Virus record (IMG/VR): IMGVR_UViG_3300005589_000100
Coordinates: 1 to 24,553 of that record
Strand: one strand, 5' to 3'
Source: a virus
Taxonomy: Duplodnaviria; Caudoviricetes
Length of the DNA stretch: 24,553 nucleotides
Shown: piece after piece, positions 1 to 7,431 of the stretch
How positions within the stretch are numbered: position 1 is the first letter of the stretch
Layout: each line of letters opens with the position of its first letter
Notes under the pieces: model-generated
Database searches by the model: none
Told to the model about the DNA's origin: nothing
Seen by the model: only the letters and a program-made list of their open reading frames with translations
Made by a program: the position numbers and the translations under genes

Positions 1-1
1 C

Positions 2-142
2 TCTGAATACAGTATTAGCAACTTTGATTTTATCGCTTCAAAAGTGTCCCAGAAGCCTTACGATTCAGAACCCCAAGCCCTAGAGGCTGCTTATCGTGCA
101 GCTTGTTTACATATTGATAAAGTGATGGCATCTGGGTCGTGA
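2..142 (+). CDS. 3' end of a hypothetical protein (partial, runs off the left edge)
   Basis: Frame open from base 2 (SEYSISNFDFIASKVSQKPYDSEPQALEAAYRAACLHIDKVMASGS) to TGA 140-142; convergent with the leftward operon. Confidence 0.45.
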   Translation, partial: SEYSISNFDFIASKVSQKPYDSEPQALEAAYRAACLHIDKVMASGS

Positions 143-177
143 TCCTCGTTAAATTTGTGCAGCTCTCTTTCCTTGTG

Positions 178-558
178 TTAGGCGTACTCACGCACTATTT
201 TGTAAATTTCTCGCGCCTCTTCAACGCTTCGTATTTTCGCGGTGTGGTATTTCCAACCAACACGAGCACTAATCTTTGCGTAAATATCTTTTCGACTCAT
301 CTTTCCACTTTCCCAAATCGGGTCTAACAGCTTATGTATATGCTGCCTTGCCTTCTTTAGCTCTGGCGTTGGTATACAGCCGAGTGGTTGTGTTCTGTTC
401 TTAGTCTTGTGGTGGCAGCCAACAAAGTTACCGCAACTATCGCACCTCCAAAACGGCAAGCTATACAAATCTTTCCTGTGCGGGTAAATCTCACTACCAT
501 CAGTTAAACGCGCCTGTACTTTATTGCCATCACAACCGCAGCAGCGTAATTCGCGCAT
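178..558 (-). CDS. DUF3268-like zinc-finger protein (126 aa)
   Basis: CCGC...GSEIYPHRKDL...FWRCDSCGNFVGCH...PLG...ELKKARQHIHKLLDPIWESG.MSR..IY pattern typical of phage DUF3268 proteins. Start moved to ATG 558 because the longer ORF start runs through the attC-like element. Confidence 0.8.
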   Translation of the reverse strand: MRELRCCGCDGNKVQARLTDGSEIYPHRKDLYSLPFWRCDSCGNFVGCHHKTKNRTQPLGCIPTPELKKARQHIHKLLDPIWESGKMSRKDIYAKISARVGWKYHTAKIRSVEEAREIYKIVREYA

Positions 559-630
559 AACAAAAGGCTCAACCGGATTCATTACGCTCACTTCGTTCTC
601 TCCATTCACGCGGTTAACCAAGGGTTAAAT
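555..630 (+). mobile_element. Integron attC-like recombination site (76 bp)
   Basis: R'' GCATAAC (555-561), 5-bp spacer, L'' GCTCAACC with an unpaired extra base, central CGCTCACTTCGTTC, L' GGTTAAC, spacer, R' GTTAAAT (624-630, fits GTTRRRY). A second core site GTTAGGC lies at 177-183. Confidence 0.65.
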
Positions 631-646
631 CGCAATTTTTTTCAGG

Positions 647-805
647 CTAATGTTTAAATAGTATTTTTTCGAGGTCAGAAATCTTTTCCCTCATTGCTTC
701 TTTTGCGTGATCTGGTATTTCAGGATCAAAAAGCATTCCGCGCATAAAATTGCTAGCACCCTCAATAGTTGATTTTAGCTCCTCAAAAACCTCATCTTGT
801 TCCAT
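647..805 (-). CDS. Small hypothetical protein, 52 aa (MEQDEVFEELKSTIEGASNFMRGMLFDPEIPDHAKEAMREKISDLEKILFKH)
   Basis: Translated manually; strong SD AGGAGG upstream of ATG; co-oriented with the operon; below the ORF-track cutoff. Confidence 0.75.
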   Translation of the reverse strand: MEQDEVFEELKSTIEGASNFMRGMLFDPEIPDHAKEAMREKISDLEKILFKH

Positions 806-841
806 TATCTCGCCTCCTAAGACGTAAATTGTTCAAATCTG

Positions 842-1036
842 TTAGTTACAGTCGCATGACTGCCATTCTTGGTAGCAGTTAGGACAGCAATCATCATCGT
901 CTAATTCTTCATCATCCAAACCATCGGGACACTTCCCGAAGGGAACCTCAACGCACTTCATGTACCCGTAATCGTAATAATCACAAAAGGTTTCACCGCC
1001 TTGGTGTGTACACATCATGCAGCTTGATCTATCCAC
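842..1036 (-). CDS. Small Cys/Asp-rich hypothetical protein (putative metal-binding)
   Basis: GTG start with SD AAGGAG; several CxxC motifs. Confidence 0.7.
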   Translation of the reverse strand: MDRSSCMMCTHQGGETFCDYYDYGYMKCVEVPFGKCPDGLDDEELDDDDCCPNCYQEWQSCDCN

Positions 1037-1075
1037 AATGTTCTCCTTCTTTAAATATGCGTTTACAGTTCAGAT

Positions 1076-1237
1076 CTACGAGTTAACGTAAATCGTACCT
1101 CTGTTTAGATTACCTATAATCCTCCTACCTTCCTCTTCATCTTTAGCTGCAGCTTTTGTTATCCAGTGCCCGAACCAATACGATTGGACAAGGTAGCCTC
1201 CATCAGCCTGCGGTTTTAATCGCCATTCATTATTCAT
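1076..1237 (-). CDS. Small hypothetical protein, 53 aa (MNNEWRLKPQADGGYLVQSYWFGHWITKAAAKDEEEGRRIIGNLNRGTIYVNS)
   Basis: Translated manually; GGAGAG upstream; fills the gap in the operon. Confidence 0.65.
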   Translation of the reverse strand: MNNEWRLKPQADGGYLVQSYWFGHWITKAAAKDEEEGRRIIGNLNRGTIYVNS

Positions 1238-1265
1238 ATCTGACTCTCTCCGCATGAATTAAGTG

Positions 1266-1424
1266 TTAACGTTTAAATTTGTATTTATCACACCAGCACT
1301 TCTCTGAGTCCGCTGGGTGGCCGCACCACTCATCACAGATGTAAGGCTCTCTTTCTTTTGGCTGCTCTTGAGTTGTGTAATGCTCTTCAAAAACATAATT
1401 TGGCTCGTCGGTTGGATCTACCAT
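1266..1424 (-). CDS. Small hypothetical protein, 52 aa with C-x3-C-x-H...C-x-C (MVDPTDEPNY...CDEWCGHPADSEKCWCDKYKFKR)
   Basis: Translated manually; GAGGTAAGGA upstream of ATG. Confidence 0.65.
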   Translation of the reverse strand: MVDPTDEPNYVFEEHYTTQEQPKEREPYICDEWCGHPADSEKCWCDKYKFKR

Positions 1425-1449
1425 TTTCCTTACCTCTAAATATGCGTTT

Positions 1450-1719
1450 CTATTCGCCTTTCAGCAAAGGATGTTTAGCCCTTACCATCGGCGGAATTAC
1501 TTTCAATAACAACTCTCTATCGTTCGTTACATCGAATGCTTTTCTCACTCTTACGATAGAGTTCGTTAGTGCTGACCTTGTTACATTTAAACTTGCCACC
1601 ATTTCATTATTGGAATAGCCGTTAAGCATTAGAATTAAACATTCCTTTTGTCTTTCGGGTAGAGTATCTAGTGTGTGCAAAGCCAAAAAGTCAGAATATT
1701 TCATATTCTTTTTTGGCAC
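1450..1719 (-). CDS. LuxR-type HTH DNA-binding protein
   Basis: LPERQKECLILMLNGYSNNEMVASLNVTRSALTNSIVRVRKAFDV matches the LuxR/GerE C-terminal HTH pattern. Confidence 0.75.
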   Translation of the reverse strand: MPKKNMKYSDFLALHTLDTLPERQKECLILMLNGYSNNEMVASLNVTRSALTNSIVRVRKAFDVTNDRELLLKVIPPMVRAKHPLLKGE

Positions 1720-2271
1720 TTAAATATCCTTGCACACTGACTGCTCACCCTGACTAATAACGCCATCAATAATTGATCTAACGTAACCGCATACATATCC
1801 CGTCACTTCTCGATCATCTAGAATGAAGGTTTCTTTTGTTTCAACGTAAGGCGCTCCGTTAAAATCTACGTCATAGCCATCAACAGTGGCTCTAACGCGA
1901 TAAGTAATCACCTCATCACCCTTTAATGGCGTGCCGTCTTTGCGGGTTGTTGGTCTAACCCATGATATGCTTACTTTGCCTTCAGCTTCTTCTATAACTA
2001 AACAGCTATCACGAACATACTCACAGTTAGTAAAGCGATTCACATAACCAGTGTTCTTGTCGTAGATGAAGTCAAAGCTGAGCCGCTCTTGCGGTAAAGA
2101 TTCAATAGTTTCGCACCCCAGCAAGTCCTTCACTTTCTGTTGAGTGGCTGGCTGAAAGGGACAATCGCTTACTGGGTGTGCGCCAGCAAAGTTGCTAATA
2201 ATGGTAAAAATCAAGAATAGACAAACCACCATCACCACTCGTAAAAAGTTTCTTTCAAATCGTGTTTTCAT
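1720..2271 (-). CDS. Putative exported protein with a C-terminal fibronectin type III-like domain
   Basis: ATG 2271 with SD GGAG; N-terminal hydrophobic segment ending AGA; VSISWVRPTTRKDGTPL...ITYRV resembles an FN3 N-terminal motif. Confidence 0.6.
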   Translation of the reverse strand: MKTRFERNFLRVVMVVCLFLIFTIISNFAGAHPVSDCPFQPATQQKVKDLLGCETIESLPQERLSFDFIYDKNTGYVNRFTNCEYVRDSCLVIEEAEGKVSISWVRPTTRKDGTPLKGDEVITYRVRATVDGYDVDFNGAPYVETKETFILDDREVTGYVCGYVRSIIDGVISQGEQSVCKDI

Positions 2272-2324
2272 TTCAGCTCCCAATAAAGCCCTTCTTAAAA
2301 ACGACTACGGGCAAGAAACGTGGA

Positions 2325-3137
2325 TTAAGTTGATTCAGCCAAATCCTTCATGTCTTCCATTGCAGCTTCATTGCTGTCGAAAAATCTACAAGGGTTGATT
2401 TCATAGCCGCTTTCTCGGTAAATCAGTTGTGCTGCAAGACATGTGCTACTAAAGAATTTTTCAAGTGCATATCCTTCATTACCTGCGAGATGAACCACCC
2501 ATCCGGCACGGCAATGAGTCGTGTCGCACGTATGCCAATCCCCCATATTTAGTGCGTTTTCAGCACTTGCGGCCTCAAAAACTTTTTTATGGATGCCTTC
2601 TATTGAGGGCGTCAAAGGCTTCTTACTTTCCTCGCTGCCCTTTTTTTCATGGCAAGAGCTGCAATAGCTGCAATCGCTGCAAGAGCTGCAATCGCTGCAA
2701 GAGCGGCAATCGCTGCAAGAGCTGCAAGAGCTGCAATCGCTGCAAGAGCTGCAATAGCTGCAATAGCTGCAAGAGCGGCAATAGCTGCAAGAGCGGCAAT
2801 CGCTGCAAGAGCGGCAATAGCTGCAATCGCTGCAAGAGCGGCAATAGCTGCAAGAGCGGCAAGAGCGGCAATCGCTGCAAGAGCTGCAAGAGCTGCAATC
2901 GCTGCAATCGCTGCAAGAGCTGCAATAGCTGCAATAGCTGCAAGAGCTGCAATAGCTGCAATCGCTGCAAGAGCGGCAATAGCTGCAATCGCTGCAATTC
3001 CAACAGCCTTTGTTTGTTTTATTATCATCCAAAAAGTCAGGATGGTTTTTAGCAAATTCTTCGCTTACTCCGTTTTCTTCTTTATCGTCTCTTTTTAAGA
3101 AGTCAGAATAGCTTTTATAAATCCTTGTATTTTGCAT
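2325..3137 (-). CDS. Cys-x-x repeat protein with a C-terminal ALNMGDWHTCDTTHCRAGW domain
   Basis: 270-aa ORF, ATG 2 nt after the csrA stop; non-repetitive N- and C-terminal domains flank 40 C-x-x triplets. Confidence 0.85.
   Translation of the reverse strand: MQNTRIYKSYSDFLKRDDKEENGVSEEFAKNHPDFLDDNKTNKGCWNCSDCSYCRSCSDCSYCSSCSYCSYCSSCSDCSDCSSCSSCSDCRSCRSCSYCRSCSDCSYCRSCSDCRSCSYCRSCSYCSYCSSCSDCSSCSSCSDCRSCSDCSSCSDCSYCSSCHEKKGSEESKKPLTPSIEGIHKKVFEAASAENALNMGDWHTCDTTHCRAGWVVHLAGNEGYALEKFFSSTCLAAQLIYRESGYEINPCRFFDSNEAAMEDMKDLAEST
2655..2996 (-). repeat. 38 tandem 9-bp units of four types (TGCAGCGAT x11, TGCAGCTAT x10, TGCAGCTCT x9, TGCCGCTCT x8) in aperiodic order
   Basis: Read and counted from the sequence and its translation (CSD/CSY/CSS/CRS). 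Confidence 0.95.
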
Positions 3138-3139
3138 GA

Positions 3140-3319
3140 TTAAGACGCCCTCTTACCCAATTGAATCTTGTTGTAAATCTCTTCGCGGTGAACCTGCACC
3201 TCTTTAGGTGCCTTAATGCCAATGCGCACCTGATTTCCCTTAACGCCTAACACCGTTACTGTGATGTCATCACCAATCATTAGGGTTTCGCCGAGCTTTC
3301 TTGTTAATATGAGTGCCAT
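3140..3319 (-). CDS. csrA: Carbon storage regulator CsrA/RsmA homologue (59 aa)
   Basis: Manual translation [59 protein letters not shown]; SD AAGGAG; absent from the ORF track. Confidence 0.95.
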   Translation of the reverse strand: MALILTRKLGETLMIGDDITVTVLGVKGNQVRIGIKAPKEVQVHREEIYNKIQLGKRAS

Positions 3320-3339
3320 TAAACTTTCTCCTTTTTAAT

Positions 3340-3388
3340 AAACTGCATTAGCAATCGCCCTTCAAAAAGACGATTGGTGAAACAGTTT
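3340..3388 (-). promoter_or_regulatory. Long RNA hairpin upstream of csrA (possible RNase III processing site)
   Basis: AAACUG...CAAUCGUCUUU-UUG-AAGGGCGAUUG...CAGUUU; G-U pairs form only on the minus-strand transcript; no U-tract. Confidence 0.5.
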
Positions 3389-3915
3389 TAAGCCGCATCC
3401 AGTTCCATTTGTGCACTATCTTCGGGTCTCGGTGGCTCCAGTGTTAATTCAATGGTGCTGCCATTTAGCTCGTAAAGACGGCCCGCTTCCTCCTTGTTTG
3501 GATCGCAATTGATATTGAACTTGAGCGTAACGGTGCCGCCTTCCTCAACCTCAAAGCTGAACTTATTCAGATCACATTGAACAAAGATAAGATCGTTTTC
3601 TTCGGTAAGTCCGCCACCAACAACAACGCGATAGCCTGAAGTTTCATAACTCCAGCTTTGCTTTTTATTAAGCATAGGGAAGCGTAAGCGCGTTAGGTTC
3701 GTTCCTTCCTCTGCTACCTGGTCAACCAAATCCTGTTCATCTTTCGGCGGCTCCGTGTAGAAGGTTTTTTTCAAGTTTTCATCCAGCAAGTCAAAAATAT
3801 TATTGTTGGATTTAATGGTTATGTTGAGCGTACAGCCAGGCTCGGTATCATCGCCGTGAAGCTCAACGCGCGGGGTGTAGATCATTTTGGCTTGCTGATT
3901 TTCAAGTCTGATCAT
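3388..3915 (-). CDS. Hypothetical phage protein of the recombination module
   Basis: 175-aa ORF with SD GGAG, directly downstream of the exonuclease; acidic C-terminus. Confidence 0.7.
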   Translation of the reverse strand: MIRLENQQAKMIYTPRVELHGDDTEPGCTLNITIKSNNNIFDLLDENLKKTFYTEPPKDEQDLVDQVAEEGTNLTRLRFPMLNKKQSWSYETSGYRVVVGGGLTEENDLIFVQCDLNKFSFEVEEGGTVTLKFNINCDPNKEEAGRLYELNGSTIELTLEPPRPEDSAQMELDAA

Positions 3916-3948
3916 CGGTTTTTCTCCGGTTTGGTTGGGTGGTAAGGA

Positions 3949-5541
3949 TCACATGTTTGATACGAGTTTTTCGCTTGCGGCCTCTAAATCCATTTCAAGC
4001 AACCATTCAACAACTTTTGATTCGTGGACGTTGTAGCGCATAGCAAGCGTGTCGATGATGTGCTGGTCTGATGGACGCTTTTCGTTTTGGCGGCTAGATA
4101 GATCGGATACAGCAGGTTGCACTGGATCTGTTTGTTCTGAAGGTGGTTCCGAGGTCACAGGCTCTTGCTGAGTAGTGCTTTCAGTCGCTTCCTGTGCGGC
4201 GGCTTCCTGAGCCTTTTCCTGCTCTTCGGCGCGGATTTTCTCACGCTCTTTTTCCAGCCTTTCATTTTCCGCTTTTTCGTGTTCACCAATACGGTAAGCA
4301 ATCAGGGTCTGCAGGTCGCCAGTCTCTTTAAGCACCAACTGAACACGATCACCAAACAGGAAGTCATGGCCCGCATCATCTATCAGCTTCAGATTACCCC
4401 TGATCTTTTCTGCTATTTCGCTGGACTGAATTTTTGCCCTTGCTACTTCGTCATCTGCTGCGCTTTGCAAGGTATCGACTGTGCGCTTGCCTTTCATGGC
4501 GCCATTGAAATCAGTGATGACTTCGGGCATGTACTGACCGCCAAGGCCGTTATTAAGCTGTTTAACATGCTCATCAACCTTGGCTCTGGCAGTTTGTGCA
4601 ATCTCGATTTTGACTTCTTTTTTTCGCTCCTGAACCAGCTTGTTCAGCGCCAGTCGTTTGGTGCGCATTTCTTCTTTGAGGTGGTCAACCGTTTTGAATA
4701 ATTCATCAATGCTTGCTGTTTTAGCCAAAGCCTGCTTTTTAACGGATTCAATTTCTTTTTCTGCATTATCGAGAAATTTCACCATACCTTCGGCATCAGC
4801 AAAATCCTGATCAGTCTTTAGGTCAGTGCTGATAGCCTGAATGCGCGAGGTTACGGCATGCTTATACGTTGCGAGGTTAGTGCCATCAACCTTTCCGGAA
4901 ATATCAATAAACAGCGCTGGGAACTCGGCGACTGGTGCAGCCTGCGGCTCAGGTTCGTAGTTTTTTGGCTCGTACTCCGAAAGATCGCTGTTAAATTGCC
5001 TCCACCCAGCATCCAAAGATTTCTCTGCTTCTGGTGTCAGGGTTACCCAGATGTGCTCACATTTTTCTTTGGTTCCGTCGGTAACCATGTAGAGACACTT
5101 TTCGGCGCGACTTATCACTAGTTGCTGGACAACCTGCCAAATATCCTCTTCGGGAACATCGCCTGAACGTATGCTTTCCGCCTTTTTTTCATTCCACTGC
5201 TTACACTCCCAAATGACATCCTCTAACATAGTGATGCCGTCGAAGCTCGCTGCAAGATAGCCGTCGTCATCAGTTGCTGAAACGGGATACAGTTCTTCAC
5301 CAATAATTTCTTCGGCGATTGGTCGCGCCCTTGCTTCAACCTCATGCCCCTTATCCAAGATGTTCGCCTGGAACCAATCACTGAACTCTCGATCAGTTCC
5401 GGTTGCCTTGATATGAAGAAGTTCGTTGCGCTTAACTTTTTCTGAGGCGCCCATCATTGCTGGTGCTTCTGAGGCGTTCAATTTTGTGTGGCGGTGTGCA
5501 CACCATTCTGGTGAGCCTTGGATCAGATCAAGTGTTTTCAT
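3949..5541 (-). CDS. YqaJ/lambda-exonuclease family nuclease with a long coiled-coil C-terminus
   Basis: QGSPEWCAHR..LNASEAPAMMG, GHEVEARAR, LAASFDG..WECK, QVVQQL motifs; start placed at MKTLDLIQG (5541), overlapping the recT end. Confidence 0.9.
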   Translation of the reverse strand: MKTLDLIQGSPEWCAHRHTKLNASEAPAMMGASEKVKRNELLHIKATGTDREFSDWFQANILDKGHEVEARARPIAEEIIGEELYPVSATDDDGYLAASFDGITMLEDVIWECKQWNEKKAESIRSGDVPEEDIWQVVQQLVISRAEKCLYMVTDGTKEKCEHIWVTLTPEAEKSLDAGWRQFNSDLSEYEPKNYEPEPQAAPVAEFPALFIDISGKVDGTNLATYKHAVTSRIQAISTDLKTDQDFADAEGMVKFLDNAEKEIESVKKQALAKTASIDELFKTVDHLKEEMRTKRLALNKLVQERKKEVKIEIAQTARAKVDEHVKQLNNGLGGQYMPEVITDFNGAMKGKRTVDTLQSAADDEVARAKIQSSEIAEKIRGNLKLIDDAGHDFLFGDRVQLVLKETGDLQTLIAYRIGEHEKAENERLEKEREKIRAEEQEKAQEAAAQEATESTTQQEPVTSEPPSEQTDPVQPAVSDLSSRQNEKRPSDQHIIDTLAMRYNVHESKVVEWLLEMDLEAASEKLVSNM

Positions 5542-6358
5542 TGTTTTCCCCTGTTTCAAGATCACGAATTTGCTGGAGCTGTTCATCACTCAGCACCGCC
5601 TTGGTGCTTAGCATCTTGATAATGTCATCAGCTGATTTCTTGCCGGCCTCAATAAGCAACCGCCAGCTATCTAAATTTTCTTTGAAGCGGTCATCTGGAT
5701 AGGGTTCAAGTTCTGCGCGACCGCCACTCTCAGGAGTAATGTCTTTTGGCTCATTACTGATAGGCTGGTCTTGCAGTTCGTCTTCGGTGTAGATACCCAA
5801 AATAACCTGAGGCATAAAAGCGCGAGCCCAGTTTTTTATTTGCAGATACCCAAGCTGCTGGGGAACGTTTGTTTTCCATAGCGGTGAGTTTTTAACAGTG
5901 ACGCTGCTAAATTTGAGCCATTGCCCCCAACTAATTTCAGTCTCATTTTTCAGCTTGAAGCCTACGCGGCACTCTAGGTTGTTGCCTTCACCTTTGTACT
6001 CATATTTAGGAAGGCCTGAGACATAGCCTGAAGCTTGAACCAGCGCATTAATCAGTTGAGCTTCGTAGCCCAGTTTACCGCTGACAATGTGGGTTTTCTG
6101 TGCAACCACGTAAGGGTTCATGCGCCATTGAAGGGACTGCAAAACGATGGCGTAACAGTCGCCGACGTTATTCTTTAGGTGATCTGGCACGCTAACTTTT
6201 GAATTGGCCATGTTGTCTGCTATCACCATTGCTTGATTCATTAATTCCGAATTAAGCATGATGTCGCCGAATTGCTGTGCTTGGTTTGGTGCGGCAGGTG
6301 CGCTGAATTCTTGATCGCTAATAACGGTGATGTCTGTTTGTTCTTGGGTTGCGCTCAT
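5528..6358 (-). CDS. recT: RecT-family single-strand annealing recombinase
   Basis: VPDHLKNNVGDCYAIVLQSLQWRMNPYVVAQKTHIVSGKLGYEAQL and SPLWKTNVPQQLGYL...WAR..P.VILGIYT.DEL motifs; adjacent to the exonuclease. Confidence 0.88.
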   Translation of the reverse strand: MSATQEQTDITVISDQEFSAPAAPNQAQQFGDIMLNSELMNQAMVIADNMANSKVSVPDHLKNNVGDCYAIVLQSLQWRMNPYVVAQKTHIVSGKLGYEAQLINALVQASGYVSGLPKYEYKGEGNNLECRVGFKLKNETEISWGQWLKFSSVTVKNSPLWKTNVPQQLGYLQIKNWARAFMPQVILGIYTEDELQDQPISNEPKDITPESGGRAELEPYPDDRFKENLDSWRLLIEAGKKSADDIIKMLSTKAVLSDEQLQQIRDLETGENNENT

Positions 6359-6367
6359 GGCGTACTC

Positions 6368-6604
6368 CTATAGGTTATCTATTGATTCAACTTTATCGGT
6401 TGATCCTGCCAACCGCTGTATGGAAGTGTTTATTTGCAAGGGCAGTTCGACAATGAGGCATTCACCATATTGGCCTCTTAGGCTTCTTGCTCTGCGCTCG
6501 AGCTCAAGCTTGGTTGTATCGACATGTGATTCCATGATTATTGCTCTTCCGTCGACACCATTATCTGAACACACAAGCGCATATACCGGTCTTGAGCTAT
6601 TCAT
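6368..6604 (-). CDS. Hypothetical protein
   Basis: 78-aa ORF translationally coupled (TGATG) to the upstream ORF. Confidence 0.65.
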   Translation of the reverse strand: MNSSRPVYALVCSDNGVDGRAIIMESHVDTTKLELERRARSLRGQYGECLIVELPLQINTSIQRLAGSTDKVESIDNL

Positions 6605-6807
6605 CAGGCCGCACCATCCGTAGTTGGTACGTTGCGTAAATCTTTAAGGCTTGGCTTACGCGGGAACACCTTAACGTTACTGTCAGGCTCTTGCGCTTTA
6701 CGAAACTCAATTTTTTCGTTAGATACGTACTTCACTTCACACCCCAGCTGGGCCGCGAACTTGGCTATCTCAATAACAGGGGTTTCATTTGGAATAATTA
6801 GTTGCAT
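6604..6807 (-). CDS. Hypothetical protein
   Basis: 67-aa ORF, SD GGAG. Confidence 0.7.
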   Translation of the reverse strand: MQLIIPNETPVIEIAKFAAQLGCEVKYVSNEKIEFRKAQEPDSNVKVFPRKPSLKDLRNVPTTDGAA

Positions 6808-6820
6808 AAGTTTCTCCGTG

Positions 6821-6845
6821 AAAAAAGCCCCTAAGCCGCAGGGGC
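6821..6845 (-). terminator. Intrinsic terminator (tL1-like)
   Basis: Minus strand GCCCC-TGCGGCTTA-GGGGC-TTTTTT after the first PL gene. Confidence 0.7.
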
Positions 6846-6861
6846 ACGTGGTTTACCCCGA

Positions 6862-7290
6862 TTAAGAGACCTGGGTTTCTGTTTGTGCTTTGAGTAGGTG
6901 GGCAGCCTCTTCCTCGAGGCGGCAGATTTTGGTGCCAAGGTACATGGCTGCTTCTTCTCGACAGTACTTGAACATCAACTGCTTGAGGTCGTACGCTGCA
7001 ATGAGAACGTCCTGACACTGAGCAATCCTTAACTCAATGCTGATATAGGCATCGTCATCGGTATAAGCTGCTGCTTGTAGGGAGTACTCGGACCGAAAAC
7101 CATTTTCATCCTTTGGGCTGTAGTATTTTTGCCCCTGCATCATGCGATCGGCCAGCACATCTATGGCTTGCAGAGTCTCAAAAGCCGCTTGAGCCAATTC
7201 TTCCTTATTAATTTCGGCTTGCTCATTAAGCTCTGCCTGCTTATCCAAGTAAGCGTTTGTTTCGGCTTCCACTCGACACGTGTTTTGCAT
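6862..7290 (-). CDS. Hypothetical protein, first gene of the PL operon
   Basis: 142-aa ORF, SD AAGGA, about 35 nt downstream of the predicted PL start. Confidence 0.75.
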   Translation of the reverse strand: MQNTCRVEAETNAYLDKQAELNEQAEINKEELAQAAFETLQAIDVLADRMMQGQKYYSPKDENGFRSEYSLQAAAYTDDDAYISIELRIAQCQDVLIAAYDLKQLMFKYCREEAAMYLGTKICRLEEEAAHLLKAQTETQVS

Positions 7291-7331
7291 TGTTCCGTCC
7301 TTTTTTGTGCTTCACTCAATTTGATAATTAC

Positions 7332-7374
7332 AGAATAAAACGTAAACGTATTAATGTCAAACGAAAACGTATTA
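7332..7374 (-). promoter_or_regulatory. PL promoter with two operators (OL)
   Basis: TTGACA (7360-7355)-17 bp-TATTCT (7337-7332); operators AAAACG-TAAA-CGTATT (7337-7352) and CAAACG-AAAA-CGTATT (7358-7373). Confidence 0.85.
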
Positions 7375-7431
7375 CTTTTTTAGTAAGTTTTGTTGCACAG
7401 TTATTGTTCAATGGATTTAGAGGAGCAGGAT

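Noticed and set aside
1-200. Prophage attachment site or integrase at the left edge
   Set aside because: No integrase, tRNA or att core is visible; prophage versus free phage cannot be decided from this window
559-621. N-terminal 21 aa of the 147-aa ORF-track call
   Set aside because: It translates the attC-like hairpin; the zinc-finger domain begins at ATG 558
2284-2324. GCCCTTCTTAAAAA as a boxA/nut site
   Set aside because: Wrong strand for the leftward transcript and no boxB hairpin
2655-2996. CRISPR array or DGR template/variable repeat
   Set aside because: No unique spacers, no cas or reverse transcriptase gene in the window, and no adenine-specific TR/VR pair
2465-3098. Four alternative-frame ORFs over the repeat (SCNRCK, AAIAAL, LQLLQR, ARAAIA)
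   Set aside because: The 9-bp units contain no stop codon in these frames, so open frames are expected. Only 2325-3137 has unique domains on both sides and operon coupling
4165-5702. Plus-strand ORFs opposite the exonuclease and recT
   Set aside because: Antisense shadows of well-supported genes, with no RBS or motifs
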